From Lobosporangium transversale (lineage: Eukaryota), in assembly GCF_002105155.1 (NCBI RefSeq), contig NW_019028979.1, positions 310,001 to 374,000 of the forward strand: a DNA stretch of 64,000 nucleotides. Reading direction: 5' to 3'. A program made the translations under genes and the position numbers. Under the pieces are notes generated by a model. The model saw only the letters and a program-made list of their open reading frames with translations, was not told the origin of the DNA and made no database searches. Shown here piece by piece: positions 37,101-51,067 of the stretch (within the stretch, counting starts at the first letter, position 1; the number at the start of each line of letters is the position of its first letter).

Positions 37101-39653
37101 CATTGGATGAGAAAGATAGTGCACAATTGGGCTGGTAACATTGATTGCAATGAAGATGCAAGTGTAATATACACGTTTTTTACTTTTTGGTTCGTGTGGA
37201 TATAGGCGCCGCATGATGCTCAGGCACAGCAAATCCGCTTATTTTGTCCAACTTGAACTAATGTCAGCATGCGAGAGACAGAGGGAAAGAACTCGCATGT
37301 CGTAAGACAAACAAGGGATCAACAAAAAAAAAAAAAAAAAAAAAAAAAGGCGCAATGGTGCCCTTTTTACTCGAATATTACAAATATATATACTATAGAC
37401 ATGATGGATATTACATGTGCTGTATAGCATAAATGCTTAAGCATCATAGCAAGGCGACTGAGTTGCAAAAAAAAAAAAAAGAGAGAGAGAGGTGATGAAT
37501 GGTTGATGATATAATATATATGTATAATTATAGTCCGCGCGGTTTTTGTTTTCTTTGGCCCTTGACCCTTTTTGTCCATTAGGGTGATGGGCAAAGGAGT
37601 GACAATCATATGCCAATGCTCATCGGACTGTCCAGGTGCTCTATTTTATGTATTTTATTTGGGTACTATTCAGTCCAATTCAATCCTCAGCCATTGGAAG
37701 GAACAAGCATTTGATATAACCCAACAAGACGTTGTGTCTCTTTTTTAAAATCAGTTCTCTTTCGCATATTATTTTATTTTCAATATTGATTTTCGCTGTT
37801 TTATTCACACTCCGCCTAGTCTTCTTCTATCTCTTAATAAAACCAAAAGACATTCTTCTTCTTTCTCTGCAATTCTTTTTTCTTTCATTTCATTTCATTT
37901 CATTTCATTTCATCCCATCTCATTCTTTTCTTTCCCTTCAACAACTACAATTCTTCTCTCCTAGTTCAAAAAGATATCAATTGACTTAATCAGATCAACG
38001 TATCATTCCTCTTCTCCTCAGGCTCACTCGCTCCCTTTGTAAAGAAGCTGTGCACACTTTCCATTTTATTTATTCAACTTTACATCCTTACTGTTCTCTT
38101 ATTCATTCTTATTTCTTTTTTTTCACTCATCCTCCACCTTGTCTAATCCTTGAATTATCCTTACTACTTACTGCTTTCTCAAGGTGAGTTCAACGGTTGT
38201 TTTCCACTTCGACATTCTCCCCCCTGTTCAATTCTGAAAGGCTTGCACTTTTTTATATATAAGTGAGGACCAACAAATATGCCCGTACGATCTTTTTTTT
38301 TTTTTTTTACGACATGTTCTCACTCAAGCACGACAATATGGAGAGATATCAGATGCTTACTTTAAGCACCCTGATCTTACAGCCATACATATGCTTGCAG
38401 CTTACCGTGCATTCCAACAGGTCACAACCTGCATCTTTTTTTTTTTTCTTTTGTTTGTTTTCCCTTTCTTGGCTTTGTCCCACTTCGTCCCTGCCTTTCC
38501 TTTCGTTCCGCGCGATAAGACGTAGCAACGTGTTGCTTCTCGTGCATACCACGGGTGATTGACACACCGCTCTCCCTCAGCCAATAATTTTCTTCCTTTC
38601 CGTCCCTCTTTCATCATCGACTATTGTTTACTTGCATCCATCTTTGTTTCCTTCTACCCTTTTTATACAGCCCGGTAGTATATTTAGTGTATATACATTT
38701 CTACCACATCTCCCTGTCTGGTTATTTTCGTTTGATAATTCCGCAAAAGGAGGGTAAACAGACATTGACACATGTCAGTGACAAAATTGGCTATTTGGTG
38801 TTGTTGCCCTGAGCACGCCACAATACTGGTACAAAAATTTGCTCTGAGCTAAGCGAAGCTAAGCTAAGCTTGGCTTATCATCGGTAGACAAAACCAGCTG
38901 ATTGTCGGCTTTGTTCATGTGCAAGATAGACACATGAAGGGGGAAGGGGGAATAAGTGCAGAACAGGGTTAATTGCTAACCGCGGTAATTTTCTTTTCTT
39001 TTGTTTCTTGCCTCCGTCTTGGTGCCTGAATTCCTGACGCATCTGATTGGCCACTATAAAAACGTGTATGACACGGGCCATTTTGTTTCATATTTTTCTT
39101 TTCTTTCTTTCACTTTTACGTATCCACTTTTCTCTGATTTATTATTTTCTAGTTAAATGTCTTGAAGGCATTCATACATTTATCCATTTGTAAGCTTGCA
39201 TTTGCATTCTCGCATTCCTTTCGCTTTGTTTCCTATCTTTCCTCAAATACCCTTTAAGAAGCAATAGCGATACGATTTACAGGTATCATTACCTCATCCT
39301 CCCCCCCTTTTTTTTTGGCACTTGTTCATGCTACTATTGTTTTTTCGGATATATCTGTCAGTAACGGCTTCGCTTGTTGCTTGTAACCCGCTTTCAACTA
39401 GTGCACACTGTCTTCGTCTGCCTCCTGAGCAATCTATACTATCATTCCCTTCTTGTCTTCCTAATCATGGGTTGTGATCAATATCATTTTCTTCATGGTC
39501 TTAACCTCATTCTCTTTGCTTTCTTTTTTCTTCTCTTTTCTCAACAAAAAGAATAATAGAACAAATAGCTATTAGAGATCATATCGATCCAATACCCTTT
39601 CCTCACTTCCTCCACTCCTTTGCATATAGAACTTTATACAGACTTCAAATATC

Positions 39654-42600
39654 ATGTCACTACCACAAGAAACCACAACCATGCAGTCCACACCTTCACC
39701 CATCCCCGTCACCATCAGCATACCATCATCAACAATAACTGTGGAATCAGCACCAGCAACGCCACTTTATCAATCATACCACTCACAAATCGAAAATTTG
39801 AAACGGCTTCCTATCCCATATAGTGATATCTACCACGCTCTTTCTTCATATGATACATTCCCTCTCCGGACAATCCACGAACGCTTCCGCAGCGCATCAA
39901 CAAGTTTGACATCATGGCTAGAGAGCGCAGAGATGGCAGTCTTTGCGCTCGAGATGGATGTTGGTCAGGAGGGCGCAGCAGATAAGCGTGACATCGGTGA
40001 GATGGATGTAATCATGAACCGCTTCCAGCCCAACGTCGACATGTTGGTCGAACTCAAAGAAAAAATTGAACAGAGGCTAAAATCATCATCATTCGCAGAG
40101 CAAGAAGAGGTAGCATCTCTTCAGATTGACCAGGATCTCAATCAAACCATTCAAGGCATCAAGTCAAGCTGGGCTGCTCTTAAACAGATGCTTGAGAAGG
40201 TTAAAGGAGATCTTGCAGGCGCAAGGCTACGCGCTGAGCTCATGACACATATGGATAGTGTTCTCGCTGATATTGATGATATCTGTACCAGCATCGACGC
40301 TTACAACAACGAGCGCAGCGCCATGACTTCTGATGATGAGGGTTTGTTGCCAAGCCGCGCGAGCCACAGTGATGTAGACCAACAGGCCAAGCAACGAAGT
40401 CTCGAGACACTCGCCCAAGTTGACTCGCGTATTGAACTTTTGATTTCCAGGATCGACTTTTTGGATAATCGTGTCGGCTCCTTACCCAAGCCCGAGACTG
40501 GACTTGGCAACGAGTCCGAGGATACCCTTCAGAGCAAATACCAGCAGGTACTTTGCCGCTGGGATGATCTCAAGTTCCGCCGCGAACGTGTCAGCGATGA
40601 ACTCAAAGACGACAAGTGGCTGGAAGTCTTTGATCAAGTTGCCGAACAGGTCGAGTCGATGATGGACTCGATTGAAAGGGCTGTGTTACACTGCCAAGGC
40701 CTCCTTGATCACATCAAAACGATGGTCCGTAACAATACTGTTCCTGATGCCCCCATCGACCGTGAACACCTCTACAACATTTTCAAGTCCTTCGAAGCCA
40801 AGCACAAGTACTATACCCCTGCTGTTAACCAGATGCTCGAGATGCTGGAGAATGGCATTGAGAGCCGCACGACTCGAAATATGGATGTCATTTCCAGACA
40901 TCAGGCCATGAATGTCAAATGGGACCGCCTTGAGGATGGACTTGAGCGCGTCGACAGAGAACTTGATGATGTTGAAAGACTACTGGATATCCTTGACAAC
41001 TCAAGGCTCCCTTACTTACCCAAGTTGCCTCTCAAGAAGCCCGAGCCCGCTACAAATGTGAAACGTCAGTCTGCTACACCTACCAAACCTGGTTGGAAGT
41101 CGTCTACGTCTAAGGCACAGACTACAACTGCCAGAGGACAGCCTGCTCAAAAGCAGGCAGCACAACGACAAACACCAGCACAGCGTGGCCGACAGCCTAC
41201 GCCAACATCTACTCAACGCTTCCCAGCAGCCACTCGTGGTCGCTCCAGGTCGCAATCCCCTACGGACGGTTACTATGATTATCGCCCATGGTCGCCTGCC
41301 AACTCGACCAGCGGCTTGTCACAGTCAGGTCTCCTCACAGCCAGTGCCTTGAACAACTATAGATCTCTTAGCCCCAGCCCCACGCGTGGTAACTACCGTT
41401 CTCGCCCATGGTAAGCATCAAACCTGTGCAACGTAATTGTAGTCCATTGTTGAGATTGTATAAAGTTCATTTGGTTAACCTTTTTCTTTTTTTTTCTTTT
41501 CTTTTACTGTATGAACAGGTGTCCATCGGTCTCGTTGTCTTCCCCTGGCATTCCAGGTATTCCTCAGGTCCTCTCTGCAGCTGCAACTTTCATTCCTCGC
41601 CCTGTTAGTGTGAGTCAAAACCGTATTGACTCTCCCGCGCCCACTGGTCGCGCTTCTGCCATGTCAAATGGATCTAGAAGCAACACGAATACCCCATCGA
41701 TGCTCAGGACTCCTGCCCAGATCAAACCTGTTTTCTCGCCCTCTGGAAGCAATAGCAAGCTTTCGAGTGGTGTGCGCTCGACTGTCACATCACCTACACC
41801 CACTGGTAATGGTCGTAAGACAGGATTACCAATGCCCGCATCGAGACAAACCAACCAGCGCACGACTTCACCCCAAGTGCAACGAGGGCAATATAGCCGT
41901 GAGGCCTCTTCCCCCACTCCAGCTAGCTATGGCGCCGGCTCCCGACTTTCAACCTCGTCCATGTCGTCCATGTCGTCCATGTCGTCCATGTCTTCCGCTT
42001 CTGGACGTCAGAGGCAGCTCAGCGCCAACGGTACTCAAGGTTATAATGGCCGCTCATCGCCTGTATCAACCCGTCAAAACTATGGTTACTATGATGATCG
42101 TACCTATGGCTCCCGCCCTGGCTCTCGTCCTGGCTCTGCTGCTGGGTCAATATCGAGTCTAGGGAGAGATCATTACGGATATGATGAGCCTCTTAGCCCC
42201 ACAGTCCCCTCCCGGCAATTTCGCTACGGCCGTGAGCAGGCTCTACCAGAATTGATGGATAGAATGAGCATCCACTTGGATGATGTTGAGCCCTATAGCC
42301 CTATCCGGGGGGACGAACTTGATGAAGAATTTGCCAAGGTGGTAAACGCTAGCCCCATCCAGATGCAGGTCCGACGTTTGGGTGAGGGTAAATACTACTT
42401 TGGCGGACACCTCGATGCGCAGGGTACATCGTTGGTCGGAGGCAAGATGGCCCTCTGCCGACTGATGGAGTACGGTCGCATTGTCCCGGGCGACGGGGAC
42501 GATTCTGGTGTGTCAAGCGCCGGAAGCCACAGTGGAACCGATGACGGTCTCCAACCGACTACCGGTGCATCTTCACGCCGCAATGGCTCACGTCCTCAGG

Positions 42601-42752
42601 GCAGTCTTGCAGCATTACAAGCTGAAGAAGCAGCGCAGAAGAAGAGACCCCGCAAGGTGTTGGTTCGTGTTGGAGGTGGTTGGCAAGATTTGGATATCTT
42701 TTTGTTGGACCACAGCAACTTGGCTACCGACAGTGCCGTCCGCGCATACTAA
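39654..42752 (+). CDS. Coiled-coil cytoskeletal protein with a C-terminal GAS2/GAR-like microtubule-binding motif, 2 exons (39654-41410, 41519-42752)
   Basis: Long helical/coiled-coil N-terminal half (FEAKHKYYTPAV), Ser/Pro/Arg-rich linker, and RRLGEGKYYFG...KVLVRVGGGWQDLDIFL matching the GAR-domain signature. Confidence 0.75.
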
Positions 42753-43097
42753 GACTCGCTGATTGTCAATCATCTTGTGTAAATTACAAATGTAAAAAAA
42801 AAAAAAAAAAAAAAAAATTGCACGCATTCACATCCATATTCATTCCCCCTCACAGCATTGCACATTCTACCCCTTTACTTCTCGATCTTGTATCCTTTCT
42901 CCATCATTTCATGATACCCTTCCCCTCGAAAAATCCAATCTTGTAAATAAAAAAAAATAATAATAATAAAAATAAAAAAACTGAAATCACACACAAAATT
43001 TATGGTTCATAAGTTACTGCAAATGTTACACGTAGTATCTCGAGAGAATGGTGGCAAAAAAAAAAAAAAAAAAAAGGATTTGGTTTCTTTTAAATGT

Positions 43098-44524
43098 TTA
43101 TTTGGTTCTCTTTGGAATTAACTGTTTCAGTTCCAATCCTTGAACATACAACTGTACAACTTGTAGAGGCGACACAAACCAAACCAACTCTTTAGCCAGA
43201 TCATTGATCTCAATCGCGTCCACTTCTGCCTGTAACTTTTCCCATGACAATTCCTCTAGTGCGTCCAATTGAATCTGACGATCCTTGCTTGGAGTAACCC
43301 CTTCTTTCTTGATTCCATTAGAAAGTGTGCTTGATTTGTTAAAGGGCAAACATCCTAAGAATCTCCTAAAGTTAGCACGATAACTGGAGGCCTTGGACAT
43401 GGACAGAGATTCAAGGGTTGAAGGCGCTGAAGATGATGGAGCGCCCGCGGATATAGATGTGGATTTAGATGTGGATGTGAACATGGATTCGTTACTAGAG
43501 ATAGGAGATGAAGGGGTCATATCATGCTGCTGCTGCTGCTGTCGGTGTTGCATTGCTACATCATTATATGGGCAGCTTCCATCCACCCCTGCACTATCGC
43601 ATTCACAACTAGTACGAATATTCACCGATATGCCACCATTGTCGTCTCGAATTTCGTTTGGTAACTGAGAAAGAGAGGGCTTCAGGTCTGATCCGAGGTC
43701 ATGTTGCTGAGGAGTGAGGTCGTGGTGGAGGACATCTGTTAGAGTGTTTTCCAAAGGTCCTTGGGTATGACATAAGGGGCCCGAAGTTTGATGGTTGTGA
43801 CCATGGCTATGATTAACGCTGCTTTGGGAATGTACATTGTTAAGATGAAGCTGAGAGCTGCTTGGCAATTGACCAGGCTGAACTAGCTCTTGAAACAACT
43901 TGCGAAGACCATGAATACAATCAACCGCTACTGAAATACATTCCTCTCTCGAACCACGAGCTCTCCATTTGCTAGTCGAGATCTCGGCCGAAACAGCCTT
44001 GTAAACCGCCTCGCGAATGAGCCACTCACCAGTCGCCGCATCGAGTCGATAGAGGGGAATTAGCAGGTATCCATACTCGGCAACCCATTCCAATGATTTG
44101 ATCACAAATTCAACATCTTTGTCCTTGGTGAAATATGAAAAACTGAATCGGACAAAACCAGGTTTGAGAGCTTTTGAGCATAAGTCCTTCTGATGGATGT
44201 TACTGTTGGTGGTATTGCCTCTTCTTCCCTCAGCTACTCTTCCTCCTTCTATCCCTTGCTCTTCGACAGAGCTGTTGCCCAGTAGCAAGTTCCAGAACTT
44301 GAGTTCTGTTTCTGCATCGAACATGAGCAACTGTGAAGCATATGGGCCTGCACACATACATCCGCCTCTCATCTCTACCCCAAAAAAGTCGTTCATGATC
44401 GTGCTCAATAATGCATAATGAATCTGTAAAGGTCGTTTCTGATCACGACTCCGGAATCTTGGAACTGCGATCGTCAGACTAAAGACTGCTATGCGATTCC
44501 TTTCCAACAACGCGGATGGCGGTA

Positions 44525-44559
<35 letters not shown>

Positions 44560-46447
44560 GATAATGAAGGTGCTTGAAGCCCAAGTACGTGAACGTTCTG
44601 GCGCATGAACCCTGGCGCCGTCAACCTTTTCAAGACCTCTCTAGCTAGCTGGTATTCCTTCTGTAAAATCCATTTTGGGCCCATGATCTCTTGCAACCTG
44701 AATACGAGCCCCGTCCGGATAGTGGCCGGGATGTTGGGCGTCCCAGCTTCTTCACGAGCCACTGCATGGTTCGTATACTTGTGTCTGTTCTGGATCACCA
44801 TATCCACGGTCCCGCCTCCTGGTGCGGTAGGGGTGATGTACTGATGTTGGTATCCGTCTTCTGTACTGTTGTCAAATATGCGCCCATTTTTATGTTTTTC
44901 GGCCCATTCGAAGATCTCAAGACGGGCGACCAAGACTCCCGATGCACCGGGCCCGCCTAGGAACTTGTGTGTAGAAATAAACACACCATCCTTGTAAGCT
45001 AGATTCCTCGAACTGCTCTCTGATCCGTCATTAGAGTGGGTTGTGCTGGAAAAAGAAGACGAGGATGTGAAGGATGTGAAGGATGAGGAAGACGAGGACG
45101 AGGGAGCTGAAGGTGGGGGATTCATGTCAATAGGAGCATAAGGCCCCACGCCTGCAAAATCAAAGAAGGCAAATGCGCCATATTGGTGAAGGAGCTCCGA
45201 GATAGCTACGGTATCATTCTATTTAGAAGGGAAAAAATACTGTCAGTCTTTGATAATATAGATAAAGAATAAATAAATAAATACAATAAAGGCCTTACCA
45301 GAATACCAGTCAAGTTACTTCCGGCCGAGAAAGAGCCTATCTTGAGTGGACGATGTTGATGTTGAATCAACTGCTGCTTCAAAACTTTCAGATCCAATTG
45401 ATGAGTCGTCCTATCCTCAGGAATGACTATAACGTCTGCACAGCTCTCACGCCATGGAAGAAGGTTTGAATGATGCTCTTGGATCGAGAGGAAGACCACT
45501 GGGCGATATTGTGGAGCCAAGCGAGTTGAAAACGAGAAATAGCTCTGTTCGCATAAACACGATCCAGGAAAGGAGGAAGGAGGTAAGGGAGAAGGTAATG
45601 ATGATAAAGTTGATACCATCGGGATAGTAATCGGATCGGTGTTGGCGGTGTTTCTGCATTGAGCATGAGCATGAGAAACAGAGGGCTGTGCAATTGAGAC
45701 AGCGTGTGTGATATTGTGAGGGCAAGTGCACGGGCGATCAGGCACAAATGTGGCTTTGGTATTTGTACAAGCATTGGCCACAGCAGATCGAGTTGTTTGT
45801 GATTCGTTCATCGCTCTACGGATCCAGTACGCCTCGTCTGTTAGGCGAAAGACATTACGGACCTTATTGATGGCAGACGTGGACCCATCCCTATTTTTGA
45901 AAAAGTGTTGTAGTTTAGCACAGAGCAACAAGGGGTGAGGCGCTGATGGAATCACAAGCGGAGAAGGGAATATGAGGTTTATCGAGCCTAAAAATGGCAC
46001 TGCAAATCTTTTGTGTTACAAGTGCCAGCAATGTATACAATAGGGACTAAAAAAAAATAGGACAACTTTAGCTGAGTTGTAACCTTACCCACTAAATATA
46101 ATTGCTGCTTGGTGCTCATGCCCTGGTGTCGTGATCGCATTTGTACATCGAGCAATTGTCTCTCTTGCGAGCTTGACACTCCGTGAAGTAGTTTTGGAAG
46201 TCGATGTGGTTGAGGTGTGAGTATTGGCATAGAACGGTAGCACATTCTCAACCATGATAGACTCAAACTTTCGAAGAGGCTTGGATGATGCAAAGAAATC
46301 GGTATAGATCGACTTCCTGTCTTTCCCAAAGAGTGGATCCGCAATCGTTGGAGAGGCGATGATGTCGCATTGGATCTCTTTGAGTAAGCGCTGAGGATCC
46401 TTTTGACGCATCTGTGCCCAGGCTGCTAGCTGTACTTGAGGATCCAT
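43098..46447 (-). CDS. PLP-dependent aminotransferase class V / cysteine desulfurase-like protein, multi-exon
   Basis: YANTHT, EHHSNLLPWRE, SFSAGSNLTG, FFDFAGVGPY, ISTHKFLGGPG (PLP Lys), GGGTV, EEAGTPNI, RGGCMCAGPY, KPGFVRFSF. Confidence 0.88.
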
Positions 46448-46588
46448 TTCAGTCTTGTTGTTAAATTTTTATCTTGAGGAACTAGCTGTGTAATTAGGGA
46501 TGTTTGCGCGATATGAAGTAGAAGGCGACAGCTACAACGGCAGTAGGAAAAAGTAGTTGAAAGGATAATAGAGAGTGAGAGGAAATGG

Positions 46589-46591
<3 letters not shown>

Positions 46592-46670
<79 letters not shown>
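46592..46670. repeat. (GA)n microsatellite upstream of the class-V PLP gene
   Basis: Long perfect GA dinucleotide run. Confidence 0.95.
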
Positions 46671-46674
<4 letters not shown>

Positions 46675-47343
46675 ACGATGTGTAACAAAGATAAAAGAAG
46701 AAAAAAAAAACGCGGATTGTTGTTCGTTTTCACAAAAAGAAAAAAAGAAAAAGAAAAAGAAAAAAAGAAAGCTTTTAAACTATCGAAAGGGGCTGAAGAA
46801 CTGAAGACGAAACAATGTGGAAGCGCATTTCTTTGGACCGGAGGATAGGAATAGCCAGTACTCGTAACTGATATGTTTACCCATGAGGAGATTTTTAGAC
46901 ATCTTTCCACCCAAAAAGTCGGTTTTTGTCATAATGGAGTACCACGTTGAGATGCATGATTATACATTCTGTAAGGCTCCGCACACGTAATCACGCGTCT
47001 TTTGAATTGCTCTGATACGTTAGATCGGAACCATAAAAGCGTGTGCTACTGCTCTCTCTTTTAAATCAAAGCATGGTCTTTTGGACTTCAGACTTCAAAC
47101 CTCTGCTAAGATAATAAAAAGAAACTATTTGGAGCAACATTAATCCATCTGAATAAAAGAAATAAAAATAAAAATAAAAAAAAAGGTTAATCGCTTTAAA
47201 TTATGCCTTAACACAAAATTCCACAAAAGTCAAGCAACAGGAGGTTATTACTCAATTTAGTAATTTTTGAAATACGGGATGATCGTCGGAGCACTTCGCC
47301 CTTTAGCGATTAAATATATATAAATACCATCAAACAACAATTG

Positions 47344-47603
47344 TACTATCCTCGTCATTTGGTCACGAACATGTTTTAAAAGCATGGATTGTCGCCGTCA
47401 TTTGGTCATGAGCATATTTTAAAAGCATGTAGTTATTGAATTGCTTTGGATGGCTCCAAATTTTGGATAATCCTAAATAGTTGGTGGCCAATTCAACCGC
47501 CGATTCAATACTCAAATCCCATCCATTGCGACGCGCTTTTTCTAGGACCAATTCAATCAACATATTTTTACAATATCTTCGTGACCGAATGACGAGGACA
47601 ATA
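47344..47603. mobile_element. MITE copy 3, related to the 18.2/18.8-kb family
   Basis: TIR TACTATCCTCGTCATTTGGTCACGAACAT versus TATTGTCCTCGTCATTCGGTCACGAAGAT. Shares CATTTGGTCAC and CCAATTCAATCAA with the other copies. A ~34-bp subterminal segment is internally duplicated. Confidence 0.7.
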
Positions 47604-47841
47604 TATAGTAGTAGCAGCGACCAAAACAACAATAACTGCAAAATAATAGTAATAGCAATAGCGAAAACAATTATATTCACAATGCTACATACTTCACATT
47701 ATGCTTGTTTGATGACGACAGAACGCATCCATATTGAAACGTTTATACAATAACAATAAAGTAGATTTTCGATTATGGTCTGTCAGGCAGCTGTAGGAAA
47801 GCATGCTTCTTTAACTTCATTTGATATTCCTCATAGTCACG

Positions 47842-47872
<31 letters not shown>

Positions 47873-47880
47873 ACAATTGG

Positions 47881-47945
47881 AGCAACAACTGACAGCAACA
47901 ACTGACAGCAACAACTGACAGCAACAACTGACAGCAACAACTGAC
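47881..47945. repeat. Minisatellite (AGCAACAACTGAC)x5
   Basis: Five perfect 13-bp tandem units with no spacers. Confidence 0.9.
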
Positions 47946-48136
47946 AAAAGCAAAAGCAAAATCAAAAGCGAAAAAATCATTTATTAAAGTACGGTAGATA
48001 ATACAGGTGTAGAGAACAAGGACGATGAGAAATGTATAATATGTATAAAGGTTGATTGATATGAAATACTTGAAAATGAATGTGTCAACATAGTATGGAA
48101 TAAAAAAATAAAGAAAGAAGTTAAAAAAACACCCAT

Positions 48137-51067
48137 TTAGAATATTCCTTTCTCTTGCATGATTTTGACGTATTCTTGATGCTTTGCCAGCTCCTGTGCC
48201 TCTCGCCTCTTCTCAAACGGACAGAGATGACACGCTTTTGATGGCTTGGGCTTCCCTGCAATACTTCGGATAGTCTTATATTCCTCTGGTCGGTTAATGA
48301 TAGTCAAGATGTAATGCGCCAAATCTTTACGGCTCAAAACCTTGATCTTGTTTTTGTTCTTGGGTAATTCCTCTGTACTCACATGATAGCGATTTGATAG
48401 CTCCCCGTCCTTCAACGTAACCGGCCGAACAATCGTCCAGTCCAAATATTCACTGTCGCGTTGGATAATGTCCTCTTGAAGCACTTTATCCTTGAGAATT
48501 CCTGTCATAAACATGCGAGAGAACAATCGCTTCGTGTTGATCAGATGGCTGCGGAGACCAAGGCATCCATAGGATGTCACCACAATTAGCCGCCTCACAC
48601 CTACAAAAAAAAAAATAAAAAATAAAAATCGAAGTCAGAGAAAGAATCGGAGAATGAAGGACCATTAAAAAAAGAGTCCATTTGAATAGAATACGACTAT
48701 GAGCACAGAACATGAGGATCGGAGTAAATAACAATTGAAAGAAATTATGCTCATAAACATACCATGCTTCTTTAAGGCATTGTTAAGGACAACTTGTGAA
48801 TGTGAACCGATAGTGGTGTCATTGGTCATCAGTCGTGCCTATATTTTAAAAATAAAAATAAAAAAACACATGGCGTCAATGTCAACGTCTATTCGATCAA
48901 ATTGTAGACTAGCGTTTCAAGTTCTATAGACATACCCCAATCACATTAACAACAACATCTTGACCTTCAACACAACGGTCTATATCCGCTTGTGATGTAG
49001 GTGAGCCTCGAACGATGATTAAGTTCTGATTCTTGCGCAGCGAACTGTCCTCCAGCAAAGCCCTATCATCGCGTACGAACGCTGTCACTCGGTAGTTGCG
49101 CTCAAGTCCTTGTTTTACAAGTTCAATTCCTGTCCTTCCATTTGCCCCCAATACTATTATAAATTCACCATCGATTGCAGTTATACATAGACAAAGAATG
49201 AAGAAAAAAAGGTTAGAAGCTGCATGCATTCCCATCATATTCATAATCATTTGAGAGCAAAAATGTAATATGTATCCAATAGGATGGGTATTCTCCATTT
49301 CTTTTTTACAATGGATAAACACAGAGACGAAGCTACAAGTCTTCGTGTGACAATGGATAAATACAGCTCTAAAAGGCTCCAATATTAAAACAGCAAGAGC
49401 CAATATATTAAATGCAGCATGTGTATGCGCGTAAAAGTGCCAATGTGCGATGTTGGGGAACAAAGTTCTATCAATAGTCCTCCACCTCATAGCCATGATA
49501 CAGCATAATACTCTCTCTATACATATTTCAAAAAAAAAAAAAAAAAAATGAAGAGCAGCATCAGCTGGTTGATAGAAGAGAGGGAGAGCCCAATGCTGAT
49601 TTAGGATGTGAAGATTAGATCCCTCTTTGCATTTTTTTTTTTTTTTTTTTTTTTTTTTTCATTGCATTAACACTCAAAAGGGTTTCGGCATAGACCATGG
49701 CAAAATAAAAAAAAAAAAAAAAAAAAAAAAAAACATGCGGGAATGACAACATGCTCGAGAGCCAAGTAACAAAAGTAATAATATATAATAAAAAAAGGGA
49801 AGAATAGGGATTGAAAAAAAAAAAAAAAACCACAAACAATCAATTGTTTCAAAGCGCAAAATACATAATGCGAAATGCGAAATGCAAAATTACCTAACAA
49901 ATATTTGCCATTCCCATTGCCATTGTCGTACTCGTGCGACAACGTGAGCGCGCTCATTGAGTCCAATACGTCAAGATCGGGGTCCTCTTTTGAATCTGAA
50001 CTGATCGTCGTATCGGAAGGCGAGGAAAGTGTGGGTGAATACAATGTATCCATCAATGTGTCCCAGCCATGAGACTTTACACTTGTCGCGTTCTCATCGC
50101 TATCATAGCCTGTATAGTAATACTGATCGTGTGTGGGTGAGTGCTGATTAGCACCACTACCACTACCAAGGTCATTACAACTAGCTTCAGACCATGGCCG
50201 TAAATCATACATAGATTTTGTAGTGCTTTTGAGACTCAGAGACCGCATGCGGTCAGGCGCGTGCCCGTGCCCATGCCCGTGCCCATGCTTATGATGAGAA
50301 GAAGAGCGGGATTTGGTTGAGGAGGATGAAGATGAAAGGTTGTCTTGGTCATGTTGATATTGATGTTGATGCGAGAATGTCTGGTTACTGGCATAGAGTT
50401 GTGCATCCGTCAGATGATGGTGTGAACTGCTGGGCAGCTCGTCAGGGTTGTAGGTTTCAATTGGCAGTGAGAATTGTCGTCTATCTTTGGAGTCCCTCGA
50501 CCTATTGCGTCTGCTGTTCTTGTCCTTACTATTATTATTGTTGTGGTGGTGGTCGGGATTACTGCGATCGTACATTTCTTGATACATTTGCTTATACTCA
50601 TTTCTTTGATGTTTGCGCTCCATTCTAGCTTGCTGCTTCTCCAGTTTTTCTTGTCGTTCCTTCTCTTTGGCATCGATTTGCTGTTGCTGAAGTTTCTGCA
50701 CAATCTGTTCCCGTCTTTGCTGCTGAATAGCCCGTGCTTCCTTCTTTTGTTCAGCTGTCGCAGATGGTGATAGTGAAGAACGATGGAATTGCTGAAGATC
50801 GAAAAAGGAGATTGTAGAGGCATCGAATCGAGGGGCAGAAGATTTAACAGATTGTGGAGACGCTGTTTGTGAGGTAGCAGTTGTTGAATTAGGGATAGGT
50901 AATGAAGAGTAGGCATACTTTTTTGAAGGTGAGGGAAGTGGTGGTGGGAATGCTGTATGTGAGAATTCGGAGGAGATGTAGAACTCATCTCTTGTCCTTC
51001 TTGTCTCTGCAGCTACGCTCGAGGCTCGCTGTGTGCGACAGGATGCTGGGGATCGAGTATTGACCAT
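48137..51067 (-). CDS. NAD(P)-binding Rossmann protein (flavin reductase/BLVRB-like) with a ~390-aa low-complexity N-terminal extension; exons 51067-49894, 49153-48936, 48838-48763, 48600-48137
   Basis: Splicing gives KYLL|VLGANGRTGIELVKQGLERNYRVTAFVRD (GxxGxxG), then GQDVVVNVIG, GVRRLIVVTSYG, LDWTIVRP and SRKDLAHYIL. Confidence 0.8.

Noticed and set aside
46494..46910. ORFs with LSLSLS / RERERE runs
   Set aside because: Artefacts of the (GA)n microsatellite.
47881..47945. 13-bp direct repeats as a possible CRISPR-like array
   Set aside because: The units are contiguous with no spacers; this is an ordinary minisatellite in a eukaryotic genome.
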